Below the pieces are notes generated by a model. It saw only the letters and a program-made list of their open reading frames with translations, was not told the origin of the DNA and made no database searches. A stretch of DNA of 64,000 nucleotides from Eledone cirrhosa (Eukaryota): contig OZ024749.1 of NCBI GenBank assembly GCA_964016885.1, positions 15,934,001-15,998,000 of the forward strand, given 5' to 3'. The first letter of the stretch is position 1; the number at the start of each line of letters is the position of its first letter. Shown one piece after another: positions 42,018 to 56,254 of this stretch. The position numbers were made by a program, and so were the translations under genes.

Positions 42018-42393
42018 CACACACACAGAGATATTTAATTTGTTGGTAATTCAACAAATTTATTTATAATAGATTCGAAGCACTCAACAGTTTTTCCTGT
42101 ATATCTATATATAGTATTTATAAGTTTGACTAAATTTCGCATTACCAGCGGTTTCAAGACTTAAACATGTCTATGTCACCAGATGCATTGGAATTTAAGA
42201 CTTACTGTCAAATGCATCTGATGACATGGACTAATTTGCGTCTTGCCACCACTTGTAATGCAGCGTATCAGTTAAACTGTTAATACAAATACTCACAACT
42301 TCCTCATTATGTCTTGATTGCGCTTTTCATTCGTTTTTACCTAAACCTATACATACATATATACAATTACACACACACACATATATATATATT

Positions 42394-42464
<71 letters not shown>

Positions 42465-42605
42465 CATCCATATTAAATAGGAATGATTGCTACATATAGA
42501 AAGCAGATGTTAAAGAATTCTCTATAAAGACTAATTGGTGAATAATTTTCGACAGTTTCACCGTAATTCTTCAGATGTCAGCTGCTGCCAACTGAGAGAA
42601 CGAAC

Positions 42606-42659
<54 letters not shown>

Positions 42660-42996
42660 CAGAAAGAAAGAAATAATGAAAGGAAGAAAGAAAGAAAGAA
42701 AGTAAGAAAGAAATTGGAACTTCGTCATCTTAAAATTTTGTAGTTAATTCTAGGATTGGTTTCAACTTCTAATAAAGATTTTCTTTGAATTCGAATTTAG
42801 AATCTGAAGAAAATGGAGGAGTGCCCCCTTGGAATATACATTCCAATTAACCATTAACCATTTACCATTAACCATTTATATATAAGAATCTATAGAATTA
42901 TAGAACATGCTATTCTAGAATTTAAAAAAATGCTTCTTCAGGAAAACTTTTTTAAATAAAGAATTTCTGTATTTAAGATAATATTTTAAGATAATG

Positions 42997-43395
42997 TACG
43001 AAGGCAATCCCAAAAGTAAGGTCTCCTTCCGATATTGCAACTTTTCCCTTAAAATCCTGTGGATGGTGCTTCGGGAAACCTCAGGAACCAAAATGCAGAG
43101 AGCATCCAGAGTGATCCGCCGATCTTTATGCATGTTTTCCTGGGAAGGAGACCTTACTTTTGGGATTGCCCTCGTATATTATAACTGCGCGAAATTCACA
43201 CTTGGCGGTAGCGTTCAACGGGAGCTCCATTCTCAACGGCTGCCAAGCCAAGATTGAGCATCCCAGAGAAGCGCGCGCATGCTTGTTTTGGGAGTGAAGG
43301 AAGCACCAATCACCTCAGTGTTGCCAACAGCCGTACGAACAGTTTCTCTGCGAACCCATCGCTTTGGAGACCTTACTTTTGGGATTACCATCGAA
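42997..43395 (-). mobile_element. Mariner-derived three-TIR element, second copy
   Basis: Reverse-complement match to 25385-25783, including the internal TIR ending at 43176. Confidence 0.85.
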
Positions 43396-44079
43396 TTTAA
43401 GATAATATTTAAGATAATATTTTCTGATATTTTCTTGTTTCCTTTCACAGTTTTGCCGTTTACAATTCTTGAAGTTTTAAATTAAACCATTTTAAGTACG
43501 TAATTCTTAGATATGGCGGCGAATTGGAAGAGTCGTTAGAACGTCGGATAGAATGTTTTATGGTATTCATCACGGCTGTCTGCTCTCTGAGTTCAAATCC
43601 CGCTGAGGTCAACTTTGCCTTTCATCCTTTTGGAGTCGATAAAAAAAGTACCAGTGTAGTACTGGGTCGATTCTTCCTCTGTATCTCTTTTTCATTTCTT
43701 CTCTGTCACTTTTTATCTTTATCTGTAAATCTGCTGTACTCAGGCCTGGAGAGGGATGGGATCCGTCAGGCTTAAAAATATCCAAGAAACGCCGTATGTC
43801 AATACGGCGCTCCTACGATTCTATCAGGAGTTACAGGTCCATACATACATACAATTCTTAGATAGCATCTGTACTAGAATCATTTAAGGATTTTAGATTT
43901 TAGCTTCAGAATTCTCTATCATATGTTTCTGAGTTCGATCTATGACCGCCATTGCACAGCATCTGGAACATCGTCTGCTTTCAGAGAATCATAAAACGCC
44001 AGAACAACATCCTTAACCCTTTTACTACCAACCCAACTAAAACAGGTCCTGATTCTATGAAAGAAAACTAGCCATTTTA

Positions 44080-44835
44080 AAGAGTTCCTATTTAAATTAA
44101 AATCTTCTAATGTGATTTTATACAAGAAACATATGTTAGTGGTAGTAATTAGATAATTGATAATTTTAGTAAATTACTTAATTCTTTTGATTAATTAATT
44201 AACATACAGGGCTCCTCTTTAAATAAAAATCTTACGAAATAATTTTATAAAAGAACCAAATGCAATGCTACTATGTTCGTAATTAAATAATTAATAATCT
44301 TAGTAAATCCCCCAAATTCTTCATTAATTGATTGAAATACCTGGCTCATATTTAAATAAAAATCTAACGAAATAATTTTATAAAAGAACTATGTGTTAAG
44401 TTACTATCTTAGTAATTAAATAATTAATAATGCTAGTGTATCTCTCAAAATCCTTCATTAATTAATTGAAATAACTGGTTCTTATTTAAATTAAAATGTG
44501 CCAAAATAATTATATCTAAGAATCATAAGAATCATATGTTAAGTCACTATCTTAAGTAATGAAATAATTATAATTTTAGTAAAGCCCTCAAAATTCTTCA
44601 TTAATCCCGCCGAGGTTGACTTTGCCTTTCATCCCTACGTCGTCGATAAAATAAAGTACCAGTAATGCACTGGTTAATTGCTGGCCTTATGCCTAAAGTA
44701 GAATCAATTAATTAATTGAAATACCTGGTTCCTATTCAAATTAAAATCATATGTTAAGTTAGTATCTTATGAAATAAAATTATTAATAATTTTACTAAGC
44801 CCATCAAAATTCTTCATTAATTAATTGAAATAAAA
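44080..44835. repeat. Diverged ~130-bp AT-rich tandem repeat interrupted by a SINE fragment (44603-44705)
   Basis: Recurring ttcttcattaattaattgaaatacctgg..tatttaaattaaaat...tatgttaagt..ctatctt units. Confidence 0.75.
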
Positions 44836-45286
44836 TGTATTTCATTAGAAATATATGTAGGAAAGGTTGGCATTTTTTTTACTTAAGTTCAACCAATTCT
44901 GCCAGTCGACCATTTTTTTAATTATCTTTTTAATAATATTATTTTATTCTATTTTCAAATGAGAAATTAAAATTGAATATTTTAATATTTTCAACGTAGA
45001 CAATAATCTGTTTTGTTCCGTTTTTGAAGTCTATTTTCGCGTTTTTTACTTCAAAGAACTGATGCCTTTAACCACCTACATAACCACCACCACCGCCACC
45101 ACCATCTACACAACCACTACCCCCCCACCACCACCATCTACACAACCACCACCACCAGCACATCCACCACCACCATCTATACAATCACCACCACCACCTT
45201 CACCACTTTTAACCACATTTAACGATTCATGTGTAATATACCAATCTATTTTTAACTTTCAAATATATGCATATATATATACATAT

Positions 45287-45417
<131 letters not shown>

Positions 45418-45528
45418 AACCAGTAAGACCCTGGGGTCTTACTGGTTCCTATTACCCACTCTACTACCTCAAGTATTGAGTACTTTGGTGCGTTATGGTC
45501 CACCTGGTTCCTTACCACATTTCCTTCG

Positions 45529-45597
<69 letters not shown>

Positions 45598-45621
45598 TAT
45601 ATATATATATATACATATAGG

Positions 45622-45722
<101 letters not shown>

Positions 45723-45785
45723 ATATACTCGTTCCTATTACCCACTCTACTACCCTAAGTAGTCCTATTCGTTCCTATATATATA

Positions 45786-45848
<63 letters not shown>

Positions 45849-46087
45849 ATATATAAACATAGTTAGAGCTGACTTTCTATATACTCTGTAAATATTTATG
45901 TAAGGGAGAAATTAAGAACATAATTAGTAACGTTAATTATTGGACTTCTTAATTAAATGTTAATTTCATCATTAGTATTTTCTAATTATCTCGTCTCAGT
46001 GTTACCTCTATAGTCCAGAGATGGCGCTGTGGTGGACTCATTTCTAGACACTTTTATTATTGTTAATTTTTATTAATGTTTACTGTT

Positions 46088-46654
46088 GAGGGCAGTGGTT
46101 TGGCAATAGAATCGGTAGAGCGTCGGACAACATGCTTTGTGGTGTATAGTTACGGCCCTTTACATTCTGAGTCCATAATCCCGCCGAGTTTAATCGACTT
46201 AACCCTTGTGCCTAAATCAGAAACCATTATTTGTTACTGTTGGGGTATTGGCAGTATCGGGAGAGGGTCGGACGCCATGCTTTGTAGCATAGAGTTACTC
46301 CCCTTTATAGTCTGAGTTCAAATCCCACCGAGGTTCACTTTGCCTTTCATCCTTACGGGGTTGATAAAATAAAGTACCAGTAATGTACTGGGGTCGATTT
46401 AATCTACTTTCCCATCCCCTCAAATTACTGGCCTTGTGCCTATACTAGAAATCGGTAGAGGGTCGGACACCATGCTTTGCGGCATAGAGTTATTTAGTCA
46501 AGGCCATTTACGTTCTGAGTTCAAATCACGGGCGAGGTTAGCTTTGTTTTTCATCCTTACGGGGTCGATAAAATAAAGTACCAGGAACGCACTGGGGTCG
46601 ATTTAATCGACCCCCCCCCCCCACAATTGTTGGCCTTGTGCCTAAATCAGAAAG

Positions 46655-46655
<1 letters not shown>
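46088..46655 (+). mobile_element. Tandem cluster of three tRNA-derived SINEs
   Basis: Three consecutive head/box B/body/tail units ending in (TTA)n. Confidence 0.85.
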
Positions 46656-46691
<36 letters not shown>

Positions 46692-46907
46692 GAATGCCAT
46701 GGTTGACGGAGGCTCGGCTCTGTAAGGTATAGTAATTTTTAATCGTTAAAACAATTGTAAATTGTTTAAAACTTGAACCAAATTGTTGATAAAGACACCC
46801 TCCTCCTCGTGAGAGGGGTCTTTCTGTCCGTTATTTGGCCCTTCGGGGTTAAATAACCAGTTATTGGGGTTTTGTACCCAATATTCATTTAAAAAAAAAA
46901 AAGCAAC

Positions 46908-49010
46908 ATGGCTACGAAAAAGAAATTTCATACGTCACTCCCACTCATTCCGTCTTCTTCTTCCTCAATCATCACTACAGCAGAGAGAAGATTGTCTCTC
47001 TCCCTCCCTTCTTTATATGTGTCTCTCTCCCTCCCTTCTCTTTCGCAAGTGACGAAAGAAAAGAAAAGTCTCGTGCAAAGCGTGCAAGGTTTCTCCACGA
47101 CGACGACGACAGCGACGAAACAGGTGTGCGGGAAATACGAAAACCCAGTTCATTCGTCTGACGCCAGGAATAATAGCAGTAGCAGCCGTGATAACAACAG
47201 CAACAGTGACAATGAAAACAACAGTAGCAGCCGCAACAGCATCACCAGCAGCATAAACAACAACAGCATTAGCAGCAGCAACACCAACAACAACCACAGC
47301 AACAGCGGCGGAGGCAGTAGTCGTAGTACCTGCAGCAACAACAAAAGTACCAGCAGCTCTGACGACAACAACAACAGCAGCAGCAGAGAAAAACCAATCT
47401 CATTTGCAGGTATTGCGAAAAACTTGGAAACAATCCTCATAACAAATGAGGAATTAGAGGAAGCGAAGAAGATGGTGACAAATAATGGACACCGAGCAAT
47501 CTGCAAGGCAGCGGAAAAATTTTTCGAAACCCAAGAGCACTGTACGGTCACGTACCGTACAGTAAGTACAAAATCCCGTAGGGTAGAAAGAGCCACAGAG
47601 GCCCAAATACAAAAAGCCTTGGGGTCTGTGTGGCAGCGGAAAACGCACATCACCCGAGGCAAAAAATATGCCACCGTAGACGTACTTTTTGCCACACCCC
47701 AGGAGGCAAAGGCCCAATCAGTAGTGACCCTAAGGAGCGAGGAAATGGTGTTGGTGCCCTCCTACTGCGGGCAAAAAATTGTGAGGGTCAAACTGACCCA
47801 CGTCCCCCCCGGAATGGCCCCTTCTTGGCTGGCCGCGTCTGTCCTCGTCGGAATCGAGGACAAAACAACTGTACTGCAAGTACAGAAAAAAGTAAGAGAA
47901 GATTGGGTAGGCACCTCCATTGAGATGCTAATCCAAACCAACCAGGAGTGCATCGAAGCTATCCCGGATGTGATAGACTTCGATAACGGCACTCAACTGC
48001 CCATAAGTGTTGAGGGCAAACGCCCGAAATGCTTTCGCTGTGGATCGAAGACTCACCTCAGGGCCTTCTGCAACGAGAAGACCCTGAGAAAGGAGAAAAC
48101 CCCCCTCCTTCCGAATCCGGCTCCACGGCTACCAGCAACAGGACAAGCGGCAACCAGGAACGATAGGTCCGTGGCACCCATACCCACTCCACGGAAATCA
48201 AAAACAGCAGCAGCAGTGGAAATATTAACAACAACAACAGCAATACCAAATGCAGCTGCAACAGAGACTCCGGTGCAAACATCACCAACAACAACAAGTG
48301 AAAGAGTGGAGCTGGTACCCCTCCCCGACCTCACAGAATCAGACATGGAGTGTGAGGTGGGAGAGGGATGGCAAAAGGTCGTAAGAAGGCACAAACGCAG
48401 AAGCAGCGCATCGTCGCCTTTGAAAAGGGAGGAAAGAAATGAGAAAAGGGTAAAGTCTACTGCAAAGAGACCCACAGCAGCAACACCACCAACACCATCA
48501 CCACCCACACTAGCACCACCATCACCACCGGCGACAACCCCACCGCCAACAACACCTTCAACACCACCACCACAAGCACCAACATCGCAAACACAACAAC
48601 AAAACACACACACCCAGCAACAACGACAAGAAAATAGCAGAACCCCACCCCACCCCCAGAAAAACAAATGCACGGCAATAAATACACACAACAAGAAACT
48701 AATGACTTACATAATTGAACACACAGACATTTCACAACAGGACTACATAATACCAGCACCAATCAAAACGCCAACTAACATAAGACTGCTAAAAATAGCA
48801 CAGAAACAATACACAAACATTAAAACGAAATTCCCCAACGCAGTTGGTGATTTCAGGGACCTAGGAGGAACCATCAATCGAAGAGTATATTCAGACATTC
48901 TCTTAGAAGAGCCGACGACCAGCCGAAGGGACGATTCAACGGTCCCTTCACCAGACGATCAAGTGAAAAGGGATGTAAAAACCATCCCTCCTCTACCAAA
49001 AGTACGGTAA
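46908..49010 (+). CDS. LINE ORF1 (gag-like, CCHC zinc knuckle), 700 aa, uninterrupted
   Basis: CFRCGSKTHLRAFC (CX2CX4HX4C) after an RRM-like region; ends 35 bp before ORF2. Confidence 0.85.
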   Translation: MATKKKFHTSLPLIPSSSSSIITTAERRLSLSLPSLYVSLSLPSLSQVTKEKKSLVQSVQGFSTTTTTATKQVCGKYENPVHSSDARNNSSSSRDNNSNSDNENNSSSRNSITSSINNNSISSSNTNNNHSNSGGGSSRSTCSNNKSTSSSDDNNNSSSREKPISFAGIAKNLETILITNEELEEAKKMVTNNGHRAICKAAEKFFETQEHCTVTYRTVSTKSRRVERATEAQIQKALGSVWQRKTHITRGKKYATVDVLFATPQEAKAQSVVTLRSEEMVLVPSYCGQKIVRVKLTHVPPGMAPSWLAASVLVGIEDKTTVLQVQKKVREDWVGTSIEMLIQTNQECIEAIPDVIDFDNGTQLPISVEGKRPKCFRCGSKTHLRAFCNEKTLRKEKTPLLPNPAPRLPATGQAATRNDRSVAPIPTPRKSKTAAAVEILTTTTAIPNAAATETPVQTSPTTTSERVELVPLPDLTESDMECEVGEGWQKVVRRHKRRSSASSPLKREERNEKRVKSTAKRPTAATPPTPSPPTLAPPSPPATTPPPTTPSTPPPQAPTSQTQQQNTHTQQQRQENSRTPPHPQKNKCTAINTHNKKLMTYIIEHTDISQQDYIIPAPIKTPTNIRLLKIAQKQYTNIKTKFPNAVGDFRDLGGTINRRVYSDILLEEPTTSRRDDSTVPSPDDQVKRDVKTIPPLPKVR

Positions 49011-49045
49011 GTGGTCTTTCCCATCTTTTCCACTCTATTTTAAAC

Positions 49046-52000
49046 ATGACCTCACTCAGAATAGGCAGCATAAATGCGCGTGGCTTGGGGTCGTCATGGA
49101 AGCAGGGTCACCTGCTCAACGACCTCAGGTCACTAAACATAGATGTAGTGGCCATCAGCGAGACCAGAATCTCCGAAGCACGGGCCTTCGCACCGATCTT
49201 CGGCGGCTACGATGTGTACGCATCTCCCAGCCGTCCTGGATCGGGTGGAGGAGTTGCTGTGCTTTTTCGGAGAGGTTTGGATCTCGCCATACGGGCCATC
49301 TTCCTGGACCCAGAGGGTAAGCTGGTGGTGCTGGACGTGACCAGCGGAGACGGGCAAGCTTTCAGGCTAGTGGCCGTCTATGCCCCGACAGGAGCAGGGC
49401 GGCCTGATTTCTTCCGGCGTCTGGAGACCTTTCTTGGAACGTCCCGCTCTTTAGTGTTAGTGGGCGACTGGAACGGGATCTTAGATGCACGCTGGGACTG
49501 TGTGGGATTAGCGGATAGGGGTGGAGGGTGCAAGAGCCTCACCAACCTGCTCAGGCGTTTTGAACTGTCTGACAGGTACCGATTGGATTTCCCGAATGTG
49601 CCAATGTGGACTTGGACAAACCGCATAGGGTCATCCAGATCATATCTAGATAGAGTATTTTGTAGGGAAATAGATAGGTCTAGCATAGGCACAATTCAAG
49701 ATAGTCAGCTACACGGACCACAAATTCGTGATCTGTGTGCTTGACTTAGATAGGCTTCATAGACGAGGACCCGGCTACTGGAAGCTAAACGCGTCCTTAC
49801 CAGCGCGCAAGGCCTACAGAGACCGGATTAGCGAACTAGTTAAGCGGGCGTTGACGGGGGCCATCGTCAACAACAAGTGGTGGTTTGCTCTGAAAAGAGC
49901 GATTAGAATAGAATCGATTAGGTTTAGTAAGGCTTTAGCAATAGAGAAAAATAGAGCAGAGGGAGAACTAGTTAGAAAATTAGACGAGGCGCTTAGCAAA
50001 GGCATTGCGACCGACGTGCTTGCGGCGAAATTGGCCCTTGACCAATTCTTCAATGCAAAGCACGAAGGCTGCGTTGTCAGAGCAAGGGTGCGTGCTCTCA
50101 GACACGAGGGGACGAAAGCCGTTCAATGGGCCCGAGTGGCGGAGGCGCGTCGTGGCAACAAAGCCACGATCCGGTCTTTGGTGGACCACGACGGGCGCAT
50201 GCTACTCGATCCCGGGCAAATGTGTGAAGCTTTTCAGCGACACTTCGCTCAGCTGTTCGGGGGCAGCGGTGGGCCGGGTAGAGGGATGGACTTTAGTGTC
50301 TACCTCGACGGACTGCTGCGGCTCTCGGCCACTGAGGCGAAGTGTTGCGAAAAGCCGATAACAGCCGCTGAAGTAAGGGAGGCAATGACTGGCTGCACAA
50401 GGGGTAAATCGCCTGGTTTGGATGGTCTGCCCTATGAACTTTACGTACAGATGCCAGACTTGTTCGGAGGCCTCTTGGCGGACGTCTACTGCAACTGGCA
50501 ACAGAACGGGAGAATTCCCAGTTCTGTGAGCCGAGGAGCGGTGGCACTGCTGAGAAAGGATCCGAACAAGGGGGATAACATAGACAATTTCCGGCCCATA
50601 ACTCTGCTAAACACAGAGTTCAAGATTTTGGCCAAGGTGCTAGCAAAGAGGTTGGCGCTTGTCGTTGGTGGTCTGGTGGGAGAGGCGCAGACATGCGCCA
50701 TTCCCGACAGATCCATCCACGACAACCTCCACCTCATGCGATACATCATAGAGAGGGTAGCTAAGGAACCTGGCACGGGTGGGTCCTTGATCAATTTAGA
50801 TCAGTCGAAATCTTTCGATAGGGTCGACCATCGTTACCTAGCGGCATCCTGAGGGCGGCTGGCTTTGGGCCCGTCTTCAGAGGCTGGATCGCTGCCATGC
50901 ACAGCGACATCTGCTCTGTGGTGAGAGTGAACGGTCACCTGTCGGAACCGTTCAACATCATGCGCTCGGTCCGCCAAGGATGTCCCCTCTCGTCCCTCTT
51001 GTACGTATTGACTCTCGAGCCATTACTGCACAAACTGGAGACGTTGAGGGGAGTCCCGCGCGAACTAGGATGCGGAAGATCCGTGTCAGCATATGCGGAC
51101 GATGTCACCGTAGTGGTGTCGAACGCCAAACACATCGAGGCGATCGGCACTACACTAAGAGAATACGAAGCGGTGACAGGAGCAATGATCAACCAGGAAA
51201 AGTCAGTGGGCCTGCAGCTCGGCACCTGGAGAGGCAGGTCCATGCCGTCCAACAGCGTCGTCGGGCGCTGGACGGACGGACCGGTTAAATTGCTAGGGGT
51301 CTGGTTCGGTCCGGACCTCCAGACGGACAAAAACTGGGACGAGGTGACGAGCAGGGTGGTTTCTCTCACCCAGAAATGGGCGGAGAGGAAGCTATCCCTG
51401 AAAGGTCGAGCGGAGGTGGCTAACGCGTACATCGCGTCTGTCATTGCTACCGCCTGACCGTCGTACCTTGTCCTAAGCCTCGCCTGACTGCGCTGGAGCG
51501 TTTGCTCTTTCGCTTTTTGTGGAAGGGACGTGCTCCGATGGTCAGGCGGTCCATCTGTTGTCAACACCCGCTACGTGGAGGGCTGGGCATGCCGTGGCTG
51601 ATGATGCGCAGGCACGCGCTCAGGCTACGACATCTCCACCTCTTCCTCGACGGTGATCAGGTGTGGTCGCCGTTTGCTAGGCGCGTATTTCCCCAGCTCG
51701 TTTCCTTGACGGAGCTGCAGTCCTGGGTCAAGCGAAGACCGAGAGGGAGCGCCTGGAGACTGGAATGTCTTCAGGCGCTCACAGCCCTCGACCAATCGGG
51801 TGATGTGATCGGTGGAAACTCCACCTCAGCGTTCTATAGAGGATTAGTGGAGGGTAAGAGCGACGACGTACTTGGGGAAACTCTAGGCGTCGACGAAAAT
51901 CAACTAGCCAATCTCTTCGGAAGAACTTTCGGGCCGGGGCCTATGGACAACTTCCAGAAATCTCTGGCCTGGCAGTGCTACCGAGGAGCCTTGCCAGTTC

Positions 52001-52460
52001 GGGATAAACTCTACACAGGCATGGAAGTGCCGTCAGCCGGGCATGTCCGAGATGCGCGCAGGGCGACGAAACCGTCCTGCACGCACTCGTCCAGTGTCCG
52101 AAAATTGCTGACTTGTGGGTTTATGTCGAACACCTGCTGTCGCGTTTAGGACGGATCCGGCTATCATCTGAGTCCATCGTGAGGATTGCCCCGCCCTCCT
52201 CCTTTAGCCGGGAAGGGCAGGCAGTTTTTATCTGTCTGGTGGCCATGGCGAAAGAGATAGTATGGTGGACACGTTTGAAAGGGCTGAAGACGAGCACTTA
52301 ACTCTTCGGTGATGCTCTGATTGACTTTTTCAAATTTCATTTGAAAAGAAAAATCAGAGTAGAGAGGGAAGTGCTCTCTTCCCAGCATTTTGTTGAAAGA
52401 TGGGTGAGAGAAGCAAGAATGGCCCGAGTGAATGGGCCTACTCTGAGTATATATCTGTAA
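49046..52460 (+). pseudogene. LINE ORF2 (APE endonuclease plus reverse transcriptase), disrupted
   Basis: APE motifs NARG, SET, VYAP, GDWN, LDR, TDH; RT motifs KSPGLDG, FRPITLLN, QGCPLS, YADD. Frameshifts near 49690, 50845, 51445 and 52015, and an in-frame stop at 52299. Confidence 0.92.
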
Positions 52461-52720
52461 ATTAAAGGTGGAAAACTGGGAGAGGGCACTTGCCTTGGTG
52501 GTCAGGGTCATTGTGGCTTTTTACTGGGCTTTCTCCACAAATGTCCCTCCGAAGTTTCCCCCCTATTGGGGAATTTTTCATTGTTATTTTCATTGTTATT
52601 TTTTGTTACATCCTCTGTTTTTGTTTTTTACACGCAGAAATGCCCATTTGTACCGTCCTGCATTGTCCTGCACTGTCCTTAATGTCTACTTTATGTAAAC
52701 CCTTGTGGTTAATAAAGAAA

Positions 52721-52771
<51 letters not shown>

Positions 52772-53080
52772 GGATGGTGCATTGGCTGTGACGGTAGTGT
52801 GTCGAACAACATGCTTTGCAGTATGAAGTTACGACCCTTCATGTTCCGAGTTCAAAACGCATCGTAATCAAATCTGTCTTTCATCCTTTCATCGGAGATC
52901 GATAAAATAAAATACCAGTAATGTACTTGGGTCGATACAATCGACTTGCCCATTGCTCCTGTTGTGACAAAAGTAGAAACCATTGTCGATTGGCAGTATA
53001 GGTAGAGAGTCAGACGCCATGCTTTCCAGCATAGTTACGTCCCTTTACGGTCTTAGTTCAAATCCCGCCGAGGTTAACTT
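52772..53080 (+). mobile_element. Two SINE copies (diverged and partial)
   Basis: Family head and body motifs. Confidence 0.75.
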
Positions 53081-53099
53081 AACGAGGATAATGTATTGC

Positions 53100-54600
53100 T
53101 CCTAACAACCACAACCACCAACACCACCACCCACTTCACCACTACGACCAGCTCCACCAACAACAACAACACTATTATTGTGGCCACCACCACCACCACC
53201 ACCATCACTGCCACTATCACCACCATCGCCACCATCACCGCCACTATCACCACCACCACCACCACCACCACCACTACTATCACCACCACCACCACCACCA
53301 TCACCGCCACTATCACCACTGCCACCATCATCACTGCCACTATCACCACCACCACCACCACCACCACCACCACCACCACCACCACCACCACCACCACCAC
53401 CACTATCACCACCACTATCACCACTGCCACCATCATCACTGCCACTATCACCACCACCACCACCACCACCACCACCACCACCACCACCACCACCACTATC
53501 ACCACCACTATCACCACTGCCACCACCATCACTGCCACTATCACCACCACCACCACCATCACCGCCACTATCACCACCACTATCACCACTGCCACCACCA
53601 TCACTGCCACTATCACCACCATCGTCACCATCACCGCCACTATCACCACCACCATCACTGCCACTATCACCACCACCACCACCACCACCACCACCACCAC
53701 CACCACCACCACCACTATCACCACCACTATCACCACTGCCACCACCATCACTGCCACTATCACCACCACCACCACCATCACCGCCACTATCACCACCACT
53801 ATCACCACTGCCACCACCATCACTGCCACTATCACCACCATCGTCACCATCACCGCCACTATCACCACCACCATCACTGCCACTATCACCACCTCCTCCA
53901 TCATCGCCACGCCCACAGCATCACCACCACCAACTCTAACACAACTACCACCACTACCATCTCCTCAATCACCCTAACACACCACCTCCTCCATCATCGC
54001 CACCTCTACACACCACTACCGCCACAACCACCACCACTATACCACCACCACTATACCACTATCACCAACACTGTACCACCACCACTACCACCTCCTCCAT
54101 CATCACCACCAACACTACCACCACCACCACCGCCACCACCACCACCACCACCATCAACCCTATAGTAACACAATCACCACCACCAACACCACCATCACCA
54201 TTACAACTATAACGCCGCCGCCACACCCCCACCACCACCACCACTATGCCACCACCACTACCACCACCGCCACCACCACCACCACCACCACCACCACCAC
54301 CACCACCATTACCACCACCAACATCACCATCAACCCTATAGCAACACAACCATCAACAGTATACCACCACTGCCACCATCAACACTATACCCCCACCCCA
54401 CCCACACCACCACCCACACCACCATCACCACCACTGCCCACCACACCACCACCACCAACACCACCACTACCACCTCCACCACCACCAACACCACCACCAT
54501 ACCACCACCCACTCCACCACCACCCACATCTCCACCACCAACACCACCACTACCTCCACCACCACCAACACTATACCACCACCCACCACCACCACCACCA
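53100..54600. repeat. (CAC)n-based degenerate trinucleotide array
   Basis: Direct reading; the poly-T, poly-P and poly-V ORFs are artefacts. Confidence 0.93.
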
Positions 54601-54910
54601 ATGTACAATACCATTCAACGCACAATACATGAAACAACTACACTAACTACCTCCTACGGTAGGGTTGATAGTTATAATTAAAAATTAAGAAGTTAAATTC
54701 ATTCGGAACAACGGACTTTTCTCTGTAATAATTACAAGTTAGGTTGAAGGAACCGGATCGCTGGATTCCCAGCAACAGTGGCAAGCTTGTAATTTAAAAG
54801 GTGAGAACTCCGTAATTATGTTTGATCCGGAAACCTAACGAAGCCGTAACATTGGTCGGTATTTATTGAGAAGAATGAATTTATTCCTGGAAAGGAATGT
54901 GTGAGATGGT

Positions 54911-54988
<78 letters not shown>

Positions 54989-54993
54989 TATAC

Positions 54994-55045
<52 letters not shown>

Positions 55046-55206
55046 TTGCACATATATGTATATATGTGTATATATGTACACACACACACACACACACATA
55101 TTTATATATATATATATATATATAGTTTAATAAATGAACAGAGAACAAAAAACCCGAGAGGCAGTACAAATGATATTAGTATTAATTTCACGCTTGAGAG
55201 TGGGGG

Positions 55207-55243
55207 GAGCGACGTTTCGGACATAAACCCTTCATCAGGAGAA
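55207..55243 (-). ncRNA. Minimal hammerhead core
   Basis: CUGAUGA A GGG-UUUAUG-UCC GAAA CG UC; stem I is weak. Confidence 0.45.
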
Positions 55244-55570
55244 CAGTAGGTAGGAAGAGAGTTCCGAGGGTGTGTGGGGAGTGGTGGAAAGACATTTAAA
55301 AAAAAGGGTGGGGAGAGAAAAGGGAAGAAAAACAATTATTTTAGAGAGTAAAGGCCACGCATGCGCATGCGTACGGTTGTTTTTCCTTTTCCGTACAACT
55401 TCATTCAGACCGAACTGAGGATCCGAATAAGGTGAAACATTTGTTCTCGGTTGGAGAACCTACTGTTGTCGTTCTACTTCCATATATATTTTCAGGGTGT
55501 ACCCAAAATGTATACACACTTAAACAGCATTCTAATAAATATTGCCTGTACAGGTAATCATTTTTGGGGG

Positions 55571-55608
<38 letters not shown>

Positions 55609-56169
55609 CGAAATAAAAACATGTTTCGCTGTTCTGTAAAAGCTCAATGGAAACAAGATTTCAAAAAACCCAATCCATAGCTTACTTATAGAAGTATATT
55701 ACAGAAAAACAATATAATTATATAATATAATACCTATAACAAGCAATCAGAATATTAAAAAAACTATATTAGTTACATTACATATTGTACCTAAACTAAT
55801 CCTATACAGCTGTTTCGAATCTAAAAAAAGAATATATATACAATATATAAATACAAAGCCACAAACAACCCGGGTAAAATAAACAAGGTAGAACTAGTGG
55901 ATTTCAAGAGATTTTCTTCTGTAGAAAATAGAATTGGCTTTGAACTAGTACCACAAAATATAATTTGTTTATTATGAGATGAATTGAATAACTAACTTAT
56001 CGCTGTATCAATATCGGCAATTGACACCACACTTGAATAAAAGCTGACTACACGTGCGTTTTTGGCGTCATATGGACAGCAAAAAGGTTGATAAAATAGC
56101 TAGAAATAGCTCAACTTATTCAAATAGAGTAGCACACCAAACATACACACCAACACACAAACACATATA

Positions 56170-56254
56170 TATTGGGTCGTCAAGTATGAAATTTGTAGAA
56201 ATTTGTTTTTTTTTTCAACACATTTCTACAAATTTTATACTTGACGATCTAATA
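56170..56254. mobile_element. Tiny mariner-type MITE (almost all TIR)
   Basis: tattgggtcgtcaagtatgaaatttgtagaaat / atttctacaaattttatacttgacgatctaata with TA ends. Confidence 0.7.

Larger units (their letters stand above)
46692..52722 (+). mobile_element. Near full-length Tx1/L1-clade LINE inserted in (TTA)n
   Basis: ORF1 with zinc knuckle, ORF2 with APE, RT and a C-terminal Cys/His region, 3'UTR ending aataaagaaatc; (TTA)n on both sides. Confidence 0.93.

Noticed and set aside
43940-44125. Possible exon (KDVVLAFYDSLKADDVPDAVQW)
   Set aside because: No recognisable family, it ends in a stop, and exons 1 and 2 already join in frame without it.
46247-46330. tRNA genes at SINE heads
   Set aside because: Box A and B are present, but there is no cloverleaf and they continue into a SINE body.
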